Shown: positions 14,096 to 28,021 of the stretch, in pieces | Layout: each line of letters begins with the position of its first letter | How positions within the stretch are numbered: the first letter of the stretch is position 1 | DNA from: Octopus vulgaris | Taxonomy: Eukaryota | Length of the DNA stretch: 64,000 nucleotides | Direction of reading: 5' to 3' | Assembly: GCA_951406725.2 (NCBI GenBank) | Contig: OX597829.1 | Coordinates: forward strand, 43,648,001-43,712,000 | Made by a program: the position numbers and the translations under genes | Notes under the pieces: generated by a model | Databases searched by the model: none | What the model saw: the letters and a program-made list of their open reading frames with translations, nothing else | What the model was told of the DNA's origin: nothing

Positions 14096-14573
14096 CATCC
14101 TCCTTCTCCTCATTATTATTATTATCATTTAACGAAAATGGCAGATATTTTAGGGTGTCACAAAAAATGTATTGTGGATCTTTATAGTCTAAGATCAAAT
14201 CGGTCCGAGGGAGGACAACTTACACGTTCATTCATGTAAAGAAAATAAAAATGACGTAGAAGAAAGGTACAACGGGATTTGGTTCTAACATAGGTCCTGT
14301 ACTGAATATTAATACTTTTCTCTAATTTATTTGATTTGAGTTCGTCTGCATGCGGTGTCTCTTCCGAGTGAATATGCAATGTTGTGTTGTGCATCACTTA
14401 AACTCTGTTACGTTCTTCATCCTATATAGTATAAAATTTACTATCTCTTAGGTCTTAGGCTGGTAAGCGATTTTCCAAAAGCAAAACAAATAGAAGCACA
14501 TGCATACATACATAAACATGAAATATACATACATACATACATACATACATACATACATACATACATACATACA

Positions 14574-14607
<34 letters not shown>

Positions 14608-14634
14608 CATACATACATACATACACACATACAC

Positions 14635-14668
<34 letters not shown>

Positions 14669-14757
14669 GTATGTATGTATATATATGTGAGTGTATATAT
14701 ATATACATATGTAAATATATAAATATACATATTTTTATATATATATATATATGTATG

Positions 14758-14798
<41 letters not shown>

Positions 14799-14832
14799 AT
14801 ATAAATGCATGTATGTATAATATATAAAAATA

Positions 14833-14868
<36 letters not shown>

Positions 14869-15217
14869 ATATATATAAATGTGATACAGATGTGTACTTA
14901 TATGTCGATGTTTGCATTTATATGTACGTGTGTGTATATGTATATTCATATATATTTATACGTACATATACTCACCTACATATATTTATATGTAATATGT
15001 AGACGATTTTATGCATATAACTTCGACGTTGTACATATGCTCGTATCTGTGCGTGCATGCTACGTATGAGTATTTATACGGATAGCGTGAGATTTTCGAT
15101 TTTAGAACGTTTTCTTCCATCATAGATATTATTTATTCAATTTTTCAATATTCTTTTCGTTAATTAGCTCCACTTAATGTATTAAGATACACGTATGTGT
15201 TTATGCTCTTATGTATG

Positions 15218-15266
<49 letters not shown>

Positions 15267-15455
15267 ATATGTATATATATATATATGTATAGGTGTATAT
15301 GTATATATATATGTATATGTGTATATGTATATATATATATATGTGTATATATGTATATGTGTATATGTATATGTATATGTATTTATGTATATGTATATGT
15401 ATATGTATATATATATATATGTATATATGTGTATATATATGTATATGTATATGTA

Positions 15456-15501
<46 letters not shown>

Positions 15502-15533
15502 GCATGTGTGTATGTATCTGTGTATATATGTGT

Positions 15534-15592
<59 letters not shown>

Positions 15593-16341
15593 CATGCATG
15601 TATACATGCATGTGTGTATGTATCTGTGTATATATGCAAACATATATGTACGCATGTGCATATATATATATGAGTGAACGCATGCATGTGTGAGTATATG
15701 TGTGTGTGTAATGTCTGTACTTGTATGTGGATACGTATACGCGCGCGCTCACACGGACACTCGGGAAGACATGCTCATATATTCCTGTGCACGCGTACGC
15801 AGGGAAATATGGCATATACACGCATTCAGAGAGAGGGAGAGAGAGAGAGAATGTGAGATGAGAGATGCATGTTCTTATTTTATATATATATATATAAGGA
15901 CGTACCCACACATACTACATATATACATGTACATACACACACACACACACACACACACATACATAGACACACACATATAATTACATATTTTATTACACGT
16001 AAGACATAAACATTATATATATACACGTTTCCAAAATCTATGCACTGCTCACGTAGTTTTATACATAGATAAAGTCTTTGTTATTACATGCAAACACGCA
16101 CTTGAAGCCGTTGCACGTACACGACGGCAAAGCATACGTATATATATACGTACATACTCACATGTGCTACCTTGGTTATTAACCACTCCAATCAAATACG
16201 ATAATTAAAACCAAAGTACTTAAGAGACACGAAGTCGCTAATCCCTTGAAGCTACAGCAAGTTAGAACTGAACACTGCTCAGTACAAAGTACACAGTCTG
16301 CGGTTTCAAAAGGAAAGGCGAAAGCGCACGAACGCACTCTG

Positions 16342-16440
<99 letters not shown>

Positions 16441-17618
16441 AACATATACACAGACATTTACACGCACGCACATACAGGTAATGCAAAATCAAGAAATATA
16501 ATTATAAAAAAAAAAACAAAGAATTTTACAAAAAAAAAACAAACAAACAAGCAAGTAAATTAAAAATAAATATATACACATAAAAAATAATGGTAAGCCC
16601 AACCAACTAGATAATATTGTCTTTCATTATAATATATAAGCTACCAAATTTGGAACCGGCTATTAAAATGTCAGCTTTTAATTTTTAAATATTTTGAGTA
16701 CTTATTTATTTATTATTTTATATTTCTAAAGCATATACTAATTTTTTTTTCTTTCCCCAAACTTTTTGCGTATGTATATTTTAGAAACTAAAAAGAACAG
16801 TGCGTATACGTGTATGTATATATATATATATATATGTGTGTGTATGTGTGTGTGCGTGTACATGTGGGTATATGAATATATGTATATGTATATTTATATA
16901 TATTTATATATATATATGTATATATATGTATATATATATATATATACTTATATATATATATATATATGTATACTTATATATATATATATATATTCGTATC
17001 TATGAGTGTGTGTGAGTATGTATACTTATATATATATATTGATATATATGTATATCTATATATATATATATATATGTGCGTGTGTGTACATACATGAGAA
17101 AATGGACATATAAGTATACAGTATATATATATACGAATATAAGTCAATGTATGTATATTAATATGTATGTCTGCATTAAGTTGATACAACTTGGTACAAT
17201 ACTCCTATAAACATTTATTTTATGCGAAACTATAATTATTGAAAAGACAAAAAATAAAAGCAGAAAAAGAAAAAAGAAAATGAATAAAAATTAAAATTTC
17301 AAAACATAAAATAAAATAAACATATGATATTAACAAAAATGTATTGATCGATCTTAATAAAGCTCCCGAAATTATGTCCTAATGCTTGTCACGTGATTTT
17401 TTTCATTTATTTCTACGTTTATTTGATTGTTCAGTCAGTCAATGAGCAAAACGACACGCATTTTATTCTCTTATCAAAATGGATGTATGTATATATATAT
17501 ATATTGTGCTTGCTCTCTTTCCCAAAACAGATTTCCACAACAGATTGCCTGCAGAATTTGAAGCAGAAAATAAGAAACACCACTACATCAGTGTTTTAAA
17601 ACCACAGATAGGTATATA

Positions 17619-17733
<115 letters not shown>

Positions 17734-18001
17734 GATATATAGAAGATATATATATAGAATATATAGAAGATATATAGAAGATATATATATAGAATATAAT
17801 ATATATATAGAGAGAGAGAGATATGTATATAGAGATGAATAGAGATGAATATAGATAACAAAGGATAAATATAGAACTACATACGTAGTTAGACTTATTG
17901 TTAGATAGCTACATAGATACACATGCATGCATGCTTACATCTATTTCTTTGTGTATCACTCTCTCTTTCTCTATATGATATACATACATATATACATATA
18001 C

Positions 18002-18053
<52 letters not shown>

Positions 18054-18321
18054 ATATATGTATATAATATATATATATATACGCATATATGTATATATAA
18101 TGTATATATATATATGTGTATATATGTTTATATGTATATATGTATATATATATATATATACGCATATATGCATATATAATGTATATATATGTGTGTGTGT
18201 ATATATATATATATGTTTATATGTATATATATGTATATATGTATATATAAGTATATGAATACATATATATATAGAGAGATAGATAGATAGATAGATAGAT
18301 AGATATGAATATACATATTTG

Positions 18322-18354
<33 letters not shown>

Positions 18355-18957
18355 ATAAATTCAACTTATTTTAAACAAAAGTCGGGATGCGTGGCGTTCA
18401 GCCACTCAAACTGCGTGTATTATGCATACACCCACCCGACCAAACACACAAGAATATTCAGCGAACGAATTACCTCCTGTGAATTCTCTTTAGAGTCAAA
18501 GTACTTGAGACAGAGTATATTCTGTTCAAAGTCATTTTATGTGTCAGCTTGACGTAATAAAAACACATCATCTTTTATATAATCGCTTGATCAACGAAAT
18601 AATTATTTAAATTTTACATCACGTGATACCATACTCACTCAACGAAAAAAGGGAGAGTTACATCGGGTTGTGTAGTCATGTATAGGAAATAGTCTGTGTG
18701 CGCGTATGTTTAGTTGTGTGTTTGTGTGTATGTATGGACTGTAGATTTTCAGAAATTGAATTGACGTGTAGTTTAAGTATCAACAACTAAGCTATTATCC
18801 GTTTCTAGCAGTGAAGTTAGTGATTTTAGAAAGATTCTAATTGTTGAGTAAATCGAACGATGGCCGCTTTCACCGTGTTCACTTTCGTCAGAAGCTATGG
18901 GTGCGCTTGTTTGATCTGCTGGAAGTAGCAAAGCCTCCAAATTACAAAAGAAGATGA

Positions 18958-19034
18958 AGTAGTAGTAGTATAAGTATAAGTATAGTAGTAGTAGTAGTAG
19001 TAGTAGTAGTAACAGTAGTAGTAGTAACAGTAGC

Positions 19035-19098
<64 letters not shown>

Positions 19099-19120
19099 AC
19101 AGTAGTAGTAGTAGTAGTAG
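18958..19120. repeat. (TAG)n microsatellite
   Basis: Direct reading. Confidence 0.95.
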
Positions 19121-19189
19121 ATGAATTGTTTGCTTATTGTTAGTGCTTAACAATAACCACTGCGCACCATTATATATTTTATGATTGCA

Positions 19190-19323
19190 AGTCTGTGACT
19201 TTGGTGGTAAGAAGTTTACCTCCCAACAACATGGTTCGGTTTCAGTCCCACCGCTTGGTATCTTATGCATGTGTCTTCTGGGTCGACGAAAGCCTTGTGG
19301 TAGACAGAAACTGAAAGGAGCCA

Positions 19324-19388
<65 letters not shown>

Positions 19389-19556
19389 ATATATATGTGT
19401 GTATATATAAATATGTATATATTAATAAGTTTCAAAGTAAATTCCTTTCTAGATAAATATCATTGATAAATATGTATATATATATATAAATATATATATA
19501 CACACACACACACACATATATATATATACATATATATATTATTATTATTATATTAT

Positions 19557-19593
<37 letters not shown>

Positions 19594-19835
19594 CATACAT
19601 ACGTATACAGTTATGTGTATGTGTCTTTGAGTCGGTATTTGTCCCACCGCAATCACTTGACAACCGATGCTGGTTCCCGTAACTTGGCTATTCACCTAAA
19701 AAGACCGATAAAATAAGTATTAGGCTTACGAAGAATAAGTCCTGGTGTCGATTTCTTCGACTAAACTCCCCTTTAAGGCGGTGGTCCTGCATAGCCGAAG
19801 TCAAATGACTGAAACCAGTAACAGAGTAAAAGAAT
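19190..19835 (+). mobile_element. SINE family A, diverged copy split by an expanded internal (TA)n/(CA)n tract
   Basis: Head-like segment at ~19190-19325 and tail-like segment (ttgacaaccgatgctgg...aaatgactgaaacc) at ~19620-19835. Confidence 0.7.
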
Positions 19836-21831
19836 GAAAGACTATATAAGTGTGTTGTATGCGTTTGAGTGCAGAAATATAGTGAACAACAGAAGCAATG
19901 CTTTAGGATTAGATCGTCGCGTTGCACACCTTACTATTTCATCAGAACTTGTTGGTATGTGACATATCTATGGGGAGCTGAGAAAGAGGTTGAAGAGGAG
20001 AGAGAAAGAGAGACAAAGGGAGATAGAGAAAGAAAAAAAGAGAGCGAGAGAGAAATGGAGGGAAGGAAGGAAAGAGATAGAAAGAAAGAAGAAAGAGAAG
20101 TAAAAAAAGAAATGAAAGGAAGAAAAGAGAATGAAAGACAGGAAGACAGAAAGAAAGAAAGAAAGAAAAAAAGTGAAAAAGAAAGCAAGGACGGAAGATA
20201 GAAAGAAACAATGATAGAAATGGAAGGAAAGATGAAAGGAAAAGTGAAAGAAAGAAAGGAAGAAAGAGTGTACTGTTCTCAAATTGTATCGTTGCACATG
20301 ATACAATTTATCACTGCACATTGGATCATGAAGTAGGTTGAAGCGAAGACATGATGACATCGTAATCAACAGATCTGTGCATGATGTCTCGTTCGCTCGA
20401 CTCTCTGTATTATCTAGAGCAACTCAATAAGAGGAAACCTGAGGTTACACAACAACAGTAGTCTAGATGTTGAGTTGCTGACTTCGATGTTCCGATATGA
20501 TATAATTCAACGCTAAAAGCAGTGTATATAACGATGAAATTGCAGAAAACTCTGTCATTGGATTAAATAATTTATACTACCTTGATATTCTGTTGTGTCT
20601 GGGGAGAGTCATTTTCTTTTTGTGCCTTATAATTTAACACACACACCGGTAAAATTTCCACTTATTTCTTATTTTTATTTTCCTAAATATCTTAATATTT
20701 CTCATTATTGATATCGCTGTTGTTTAATCTCCTGTCAGCCCGAATTGAGCAGACATATGATGGAAGGAATTCAAATCCTGACTATTCTGTCTAGGCTATC
20801 ATCTACTTTGTACTTCAGCCGCTATTTCTAGCAAAGTGATTGACCATCTAAGAGAATCCCCGTTACTGGTTCATCTCAAGCGTTTTAAGATCATATCATC
20901 ATATGTAAAGGCACAATGCTCCATACCCCTGAATGCATTAAATTATCTTTAAGATTACACCGGCTTCAGTTTTCTGCCCTATTTGAGAAATCAACATTAA
21001 AACTAAAAATATGTATCGTTCGTTCAATGATATTACCTTTTCACGACCAAAAAATCACGTAATGTAACTAACAATTACGACGAAAATTAAACGGCGTGTT
21101 GTATTAAATATCGCAACTGTCGCGAATGTAGATAGCAACGAAGAAATACCTGTCTTCTTAACTGATAATGTCTTGAGCAAAAAGATAGGAGAAAGACAGG
21201 GAGTATTAAGATAGCTGATTATCAAGAGAAGAGTTAACATCATCACTGAAAAATCTCTTAAGATCCCTTATTAAAAAAAAAATGCGACCAAATATTCTAA
21301 ACAAAGTGCAGCGTCTTCACAATCACTTGAGAATCTATAATAGAAAATAAAAAGAAAATGAGTCCTACAATGACAAGTGCCAAATAAACAGCATTGCATA
21401 TTGTAATGATCAACTCAGTCTTCGATCAGAAAATTTTATTTTGCCAAAAAAAAAAAACAAAAAACAAAAAAAAGTAATTATCGGTTCATTGTCTCATACA
21501 CCCAATTTTCTAATTTTCTCTATTGGTCTCTCCCGTCGTTTCAACGAATGAAGCTTCAGCAGAAAACAGCTGCGTAATGTTCTTAGTTCCACGTATTATT
21601 GCCTTATAGTCTCATGTGGAAATTTAGAACTATTCGGGATTTACAGATCTTGTTGCAGACGTTACAGGAGTAATCTCTGTCATTTGGAGAAGGAGAGTAC
21701 CGCCCTTGGGCCGGCTTTACGCTGGGCTCTTATCTTACAAGATATTGATCTTGGTTATCTCAAAGACAGTGGTATCATATTATATACATGCATACATACA
21801 TAGATACAAACACACACATACACACACATTG

Positions 21832-22227
21832 TTTTCTACTCTAGGCACAAGGCCCAAAATATTTGGGGAGTGGGGGCCTGTCGATTAGATCGACCCCAGT
21901 ACGCAACAAGTACCGAATTTATCGACCTCGAAAGAACGAAAGCCAAATTTGACCTCGGCGGAATTTCAACTCAGAATGTAAAGACAGACGAAATACCTAT
22001 TTCTTTATTACCCACAAGGGGCTAAACATAGAGGGGACAAGCATGGACAGACATAGGTATTAAGTCGATTATATCGAACCAGTACGTAACTGGTACTTAA
22101 TTTATCGATCCCGAAAGGATGAAAGGTAAAGTCGACCTCGGCGGAATTTGAACTCAGAACGTAACGGCAGACGAAATACCGCTAAGCATTTCGCCCGTCG
22201 TGCTAACGTTTCTGCCAGCTCGCCGCC
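21832..22227 (-). mobile_element. SINE family B, dimeric copy (full unit plus a 5'-truncated unit with a different tail)
   Basis: Unit 1 at 21998-22227 ends ...gccccttgtgggtaataaagaaata. Unit 2 at 21832-21997 ends ...gggccttgtgcctagagtagaaaa. Confidence 0.85.
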
Positions 22228-22254
22228 TTAAACACACATATGTGTTTATACTGT

Positions 22255-23348
22255 ATTAGCCAAAATGTTCGTTCGGTATTTGTGTCGACATTAAACTTCA
22301 AGCACTCTGATGAGTAGCTAACTTCAATCTGACCCTCGCACATGCACGCTCGTTAGATACTTGATACTTCAACGTGGTTCGACGCGAATTTGCGACGAGT
22401 CAGACTGTATTTTGTGTGCCTGAGATCATCCTCAAATTGAGGGGTAAAGTGAACATTATCGATACCTCATGTTTTTAAAACATTTTAAGAAAGGCAAAAA
22501 AAAAAAAAGTGGTGAAAACTTATAGGAAAATATGCATTGTGTACACAGGGGAAGCTTTTATGGAACGTATGTGCCAGAAGCGGTTTACAAGATTTTGATC
22601 GGGAAATTTTTCATCCCGAGATGAATCTTTTTGACAAGCTAGCTGATACAAAAGGCTAGAAAATAAAAGAGTTAGTCTTTACCAACCACCCTTTATTCGA
22701 CCAGAATGATTACACATACTCTTGAAATATGCGAATTGAGTCACTCGATGTTTGGGTCCCATATTAATGAAATCAAGTTAACCTCGCGCAACGGATCCCC
22801 ATCTGCGGTTCGTTGTAGAAATATGAAGAAAACTATATTTTTGAAGAGAATAATGGCAGGAGCAGGAAAATGGTTCGTGTATAACAACGTAGAGCGCAAA
22901 CAATCATAGGGAAAGTGTGGCGAACTACCACAAACAACTTTCCAGAGCTTACGACGTGGTGAGAGTGGATGGATGTTGTCATTTCCGAGCATTTTTCCAC
23001 GCACAGGACCAATTAATTCGAAAATGTACTTTGGCCAGTTGGACAAAATAAATGTAGCGATCCAAAAAACAAAAATGTCTCCTGAACTTGTTAACCGGTA
23101 AGGTATTGTTTTTCATCATGACAATGCCAGACTGCACGTTATTCTGGAGTAAAAATTCACTCTAAAAAGTTTCTTGCTAATAATGACAGAAAATACTTTG
23201 AGCAAAGAATAATAGTTCAGCCCACAAATTGGTTGAAGCTACTGAAACGAAATGGTAAATATACCATTGATTGAATAAATCATTTTGTGTTCAAAACTTT
23301 TATTTTATTTTCTCTTTAAAAAAAAACCTAACGAATTTGTCGTTAAAT
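22255..23348 (+). mobile_element. Decayed mariner (Tc1/mariner) DNA transposon; transposase pseudogene
   Basis: RIMAGAGKWFVYNNVERKQS resembles the mariner TGDEKW motif. GIVFHHDNARLHV at ~23102. The ...NGKYTID* end is at ~23250-23275. Degenerate TIRs tattagccaaaatgttcgttcggtattt / aaaaacctaacgaatttgtcgttaaat. Confidence 0.85.
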
Positions 23349-23589
23349 GCTTGAAATAAGAAAGAAAATAGATAGACAGCCGACAACTGACGAAAGGTCC
23401 TTTCTCTGTGTTAACTTGTACTCTTCTCCATTTTTTTCTCGTTGTTTATGTATTTCATGTCATTTGCACCGTCGGTGACGTCCTGTACGCCTATATGCAT
23501 GTGTGCGTATATATGTATATATATATATATATATTTAAAAAAAGGAGATGTCGAACATGAGTGGTGATATATAAAAAAGGAAATGAAGA

Positions 23590-23750
23590 AAATGCTGACA
23601 AATAATTGAAGTAATTTAAGTAATTTAATTAGGTGAAAGTTCTTTTTACCGGTTGCGCATATTTTGATAAGCATAACAAATGCGCAACCGGTAAAAAGAA
23701 CTTTCACCTAATTAAATTACTTAAATTACTTCAATTATTTGTCAGCATTT
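23590..23750. repeat. Perfect inverted repeat: 71-bp arms, 19-nt spacer
   Basis: 23590-23660 is the exact reverse complement of 23680-23750; the right arm abuts (TA)n. Confidence 0.95.
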
Positions 23751-23751
23751 C

Positions 23752-23812
<61 letters not shown>

Positions 23813-23956
23813 ATATGTGTGTAATTGAAAATCAAGAGGAGAGTGGAGATATATTTACATCCAAAACATTTTTATTAAAATGATTTTATACAGCATATAT
23901 AACAATGACCGACATATGTTTCTACTGCAGCAACTACACATTGCTCTGCATTCACT

Positions 23957-24000
<44 letters not shown>

Positions 24001-24278
24001 CTTCTAATTTTTTCAGTCATGTGACTGAGGCCATGCTGAGGCACCGCCTTGAAATGTTTTAGTCTGACAAATCGATCCCAGAACTTACATTTTAATCAAA
24101 TTAAAGTTTAAATTAATGCCATAACGCAATTAAATATATGTGCATTTGCATAGAAAGACAAATAGCCTGGTAAAGAGATAGATAGGTAGACAAATTCAAT
24201 AGATAGATAGGTAAATAGGTATACAGATAGATGGATAGATATTAAAGATATGCATACAGACAGACACAGATAGCTAGC

Positions 24279-24312
<34 letters not shown>

Positions 24313-24313
24313 A

Positions 24314-24363
<50 letters not shown>

Positions 24364-24449
24364 GGATAAACAGAGTGAGTGAGAAAGCGAGAAAGAGGGC
24401 GAGGGAGGTAGAGAGTGAGAGTTAGATGGGTAGATAAATAAATAATGAG

Positions 24450-24482
<33 letters not shown>

Positions 24483-24492
24483 AATAGATAGA

Positions 24493-24900
24493 GGCGCAGG
24501 AGTGGCTGTGTGGTAAGTAGCTTGTTTACCAACCACATGGTTCCGGGTTCAGTCCCACTGCGTGGCACCTTGGGCAAGTGTCTTCTACTGTAGCCTCGGG
24601 CCGACCAAAGCCTTGTGAGTGGATTTGGTAGACGGAAACTGAAAGAAGCCTGTCGTATATATGTATATATATATATATGCGTGTGTGTGTTTGTGTGTCT
24701 GTGTTTGTCCTCCTAGCATTGCTTGACAACCGATGCTGGTGTGTTTATGTCCCCGTTACTTGGCGGTTCGGCAAAGGAGACCGATAGAATAAGTACTGGG
24801 CTTACAAAAGAATAAGTCCCGGGGTCGAGTTGCTCGATTTAAAAAATGGCGGTGCTCCAGCATGGCCGCAGTCAAATGACTGAAACAAGTAAAAGAGTAA
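24493..24900 (+). mobile_element. SINE family A, full-length (tRNA-derived head, CORE-like segment, internal microsatellite, 3' module)
   Basis: A-box-like tggctgtgtggt, B-box-like gggttcagtccc, CORE-like ccttgggcaagtgtctt, and (gtaaaaga)n tail. More than 12 homologous copies lie in the window. It resembles described octopus tRNA-SINEs, but the exact family name is not assigned. Confidence 0.9.
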
Positions 24901-24909
24901 AGAGAGAGT

Positions 24910-24981
<72 letters not shown>

Positions 24982-24983
<2 letters not shown>

Positions 24984-25790
24984 TGACATCACTGTCAATA
25001 CTTCGCAAGTTGTGAAATTTCCGTTTTCATAATCACGTCTATGCTGTAGTCTGCGATTTTCCCATGGACAGGGAACAAAGAGCCAACGCGAAATTTTGCG
25101 TTGAACTTGGGAAGTCTGCTACTGATAATTTTGAGCATGTTTCGGCAAGCTTACGGTGACGTAGCAATAAGTCGTACGCAATATTTTCGAGTGACACGGG
25201 AAACTTCAAAAACCGAAGAACGTCCTTCAAAGACTATGTGTGATCTTGAAGACCTACCACGAGCGTAATCCCTGGCAAAGTTGAATTGTGCATCGCGAAT
25301 TTCTCTCCCAGAATCAGACCGTCAATCGATAGTTCTTCAGTGACGTTTTGAAGCGTTTGAGGGAGGATATTCGGTAAAAGCAACCTAATTTGTGGAGCAC
25401 GAAGAATTAGATTCTTCAGACGACAATGCACCCTATCACCGAGCTCTTATCATTCGTGAGTTTCTCACCAAAATGCAACATGGTATCGCTTCCTCACCCA
25501 CCCTATTTGCCAGATTTTTACACCTGTGGACTTCCATCTCTTCCCTAAGATGAAAATGCAGCTGAATGGTCGCTGTTTTAACACCATTATCGAGATCCAA
25601 AGTGAATCGCAATAGGTCCTTGACACGCTTACGGAAAACGACATTCAGGCCGGATTCCAAAAGTGGCAGCAACGCTAGGACCGATGTTTGCTGCGTCAGG
25701 TGACTGCTTCGAAAGAGATGATGTTAGGTGAATAAGGTATTTTTTTTACTAAACATAACTATTCCGGAAATCTTTTGACACCACCTCGTA
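24982..25790 (+). mobile_element. Internally deleted mariner relic (left TIR lost at (GA)n)
   Basis: MDREQRANAKFCVELGKSAT HTH start at ~25063; DDNAPYH and PHPPYLPDF catalytic-domain remnants; right TIR cttttgacaccacctcg followed by TA. Confidence 0.85.
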
Positions 25791-25810
25791 GACAGATAAA
25801 TGAATAGATA

Positions 25811-26145
25811 TGTTTCTTTATTAGCCATACAGGGCTGCACACAGACAGGACAAATTACAAGGTAGAGCTTTTCTTTTGGGGGTAAAAAAGGGGGTTTGGT
25901 TTTCGATCAAAAGAGATCGTAAAGGGAAAGAAAGAGGGCAAAAAAGGGGGGAATAAAATTTTAAAAAAAAGTGGGGGGGGAGGAAAAAATTGATCAATAG
26001 GGATCGTTATCACAGAAATGTCAATATGAAGTGTAAAGGGGAGGACAGGTGAGGTTCACCCGTGGAAAGAAAAGCCTACGGAAAAGACCACGGTAACCTC
26101 GGTTAATGAAGTCACATGTTATATTTCCTTTTTTTGTGCAAAAAA
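25811..26145 (-). mobile_element. Tx1-like LINE 3' UTR-only copy
   Basis: Highly similar to 34296-34640; flanked by GATA-like repeats on both sides. Confidence 0.85.
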
Positions 26146-26148
26146 TGA

Positions 26149-26219
<71 letters not shown>

Positions 26220-26743
26220 TAGATGGATGGATGTGTGCAAGAAGTATTTATAGCTGCATATAATAGAGCGTTAACAGGAGTTGCCTTATGTTGCAGGACG
26301 TTTAAACGTTTTGCAACATGAAAAACTGAAATCAATTTCATTTAACATATTATATAAGAAAACTTGATGCAATGTCGCAATGACTTCTATGCGCAACAAA
26401 TAAATGATTGACATAAAGAGACCCTTAGTGATTGCAATTCCGATATCACTGCGCCGTAATATCGAATTAATACAGTAGAGACACAAACATATGAATTCTT
26501 CTATGATTTGCTGAGATCTGTAGTCAAGTGCAATCGTTAATTCCACCAACGTATCTTGCAAGGGCAAGAATTAATTTTACCCATCACATGGTTCCCGGAT
26601 CGGTCCTATTGTATGGCACCTTGGGCAAGTGTCTTCCATTATAACATTGGGCCAAACAAAGCCATGTGAGTGGATTTGGTAGACGGAAACTGAAAGAAGC
26701 CTGTCATATATATATGTATGTATGTGTGTGTGTGTGTGTGTGT

Positions 26744-26810
<67 letters not shown>

Positions 26811-26990
26811 TGGAGTGTGTATGCCTGTGCGTCCGTGTTTGTACCCCATCACCGCTTTGTAAGCACCAAATGGCATCGGCAGCCGAAACGGCCGTAAGAA
26901 GTGTTATGAAATGTTATGTTATGATTTGTAATAAATAATAACTAACCCATGTTGGTCGATTTGTTTGTTGATCAAAAGTTTTCTCCATTA

Positions 26991-27079
26991 TCTTCTTCTT
27001 CTTCTTCTTCTTCTTCTTCTTCTTCTTCTTCTTCTTCTTCTTCTTCTTCTTCTTCTTCTTCTTCTCCTTCTTCTTCTTC
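26991..27079. repeat. (CTT)n microsatellite
   Basis: Direct reading. Confidence 0.95.
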
Positions 27080-27318
27080 TGTGACTATCCCGTGATGTAT
27101 ATGTCAGATAATATCGCGAAAGTATAGGCGGAGGCGTGACGGTGTCGTAAGATGCTTGCTTCCCAAGCTGATGGTACCAAGTTCAGTCCCATTGCGTGGT
27201 GCCTTAAGCAAGTGTCGTCTACTATAGCGTCAGGTCGACCAAATCCGCTGAGTGGATTCGGTGGACGCAAGCAGAAAGGAGACCGTAGCGTATAATATAT
27301 ATATATATATATCAATTG

Positions 27319-27615
27319 TGGAGGCGCAATGGCCCAGTGGTTAGGTCGTAGGATCGCGGTTTCGATTCCCAGACCGGGCATTGTGAGTGATTATTGAGCG
27401 AAAAGAAAACACCTAAAAGCTCCACGAGGCTCCAGCAGAGGGTGGTGATCCCTGCTGCACTCTTTCGCCACTCTTTCTCTCACTATTTCTTCTGTTGGCC
27501 TGCTCGCTTAGCCAGCGGGGTGGCGTCATTCGAAGGCTAAAACAATGCGAACGCATTGTGACCAGCGATGTGTAACTACATCTGATGGACTGGTCGGTCA
27601 CGTGATCACGTGATA
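27319..27615 (+). mobile_element. tRNA-derived SINE family C
   Basis: A-box tggcccagtggttagg, B-box ggtttcgattccc, GC-rich body, and terminal (tcacgtga)x2 repeat. Only one copy is in this window. Confidence 0.7.
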
Positions 27616-27619
27616 TATC

Positions 27620-27961
27620 AATTAGAGAAAAAACACTATTATGTAATTCAAACAATGATAGACATAAACCAAATCATAAAGAAAAAATAAAATATATTAT
27701 AAAGCATATAATTAGATCACAATAAAACAAGGGTTTTTCTCTAATTTAAATATATTATATATTTATATTGTGAAATTTGATTTAATACTAAATTGAATTT
27801 TTCCCTGTAAGTTTAAGGTTATACTCCCTAATATTATATATATATATATAGATATATATATACATACACACACACACACGCACACACACACACACATACA
27901 CACACACACATATATATATATAATGTTTGAGTTACATGATAGTGGTTTTATCTCTAATTTG

Positions 27962-28021
<60 letters not shown>

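Noticed and set aside
18773-18957. Minus-strand open segment LEALLLPADQTSAP...VVDT as a terminal exon
   Set aside because: No recognisable homology or partner exons; the ORF length is inflated by (TAG)n and a SINE.
24493-24570. SINE heads as tRNA genes (also 27319, 29165, 60420)
   Set aside because: They have A/B boxes but no complete cloverleaf, and each continues into a repeated SINE body.
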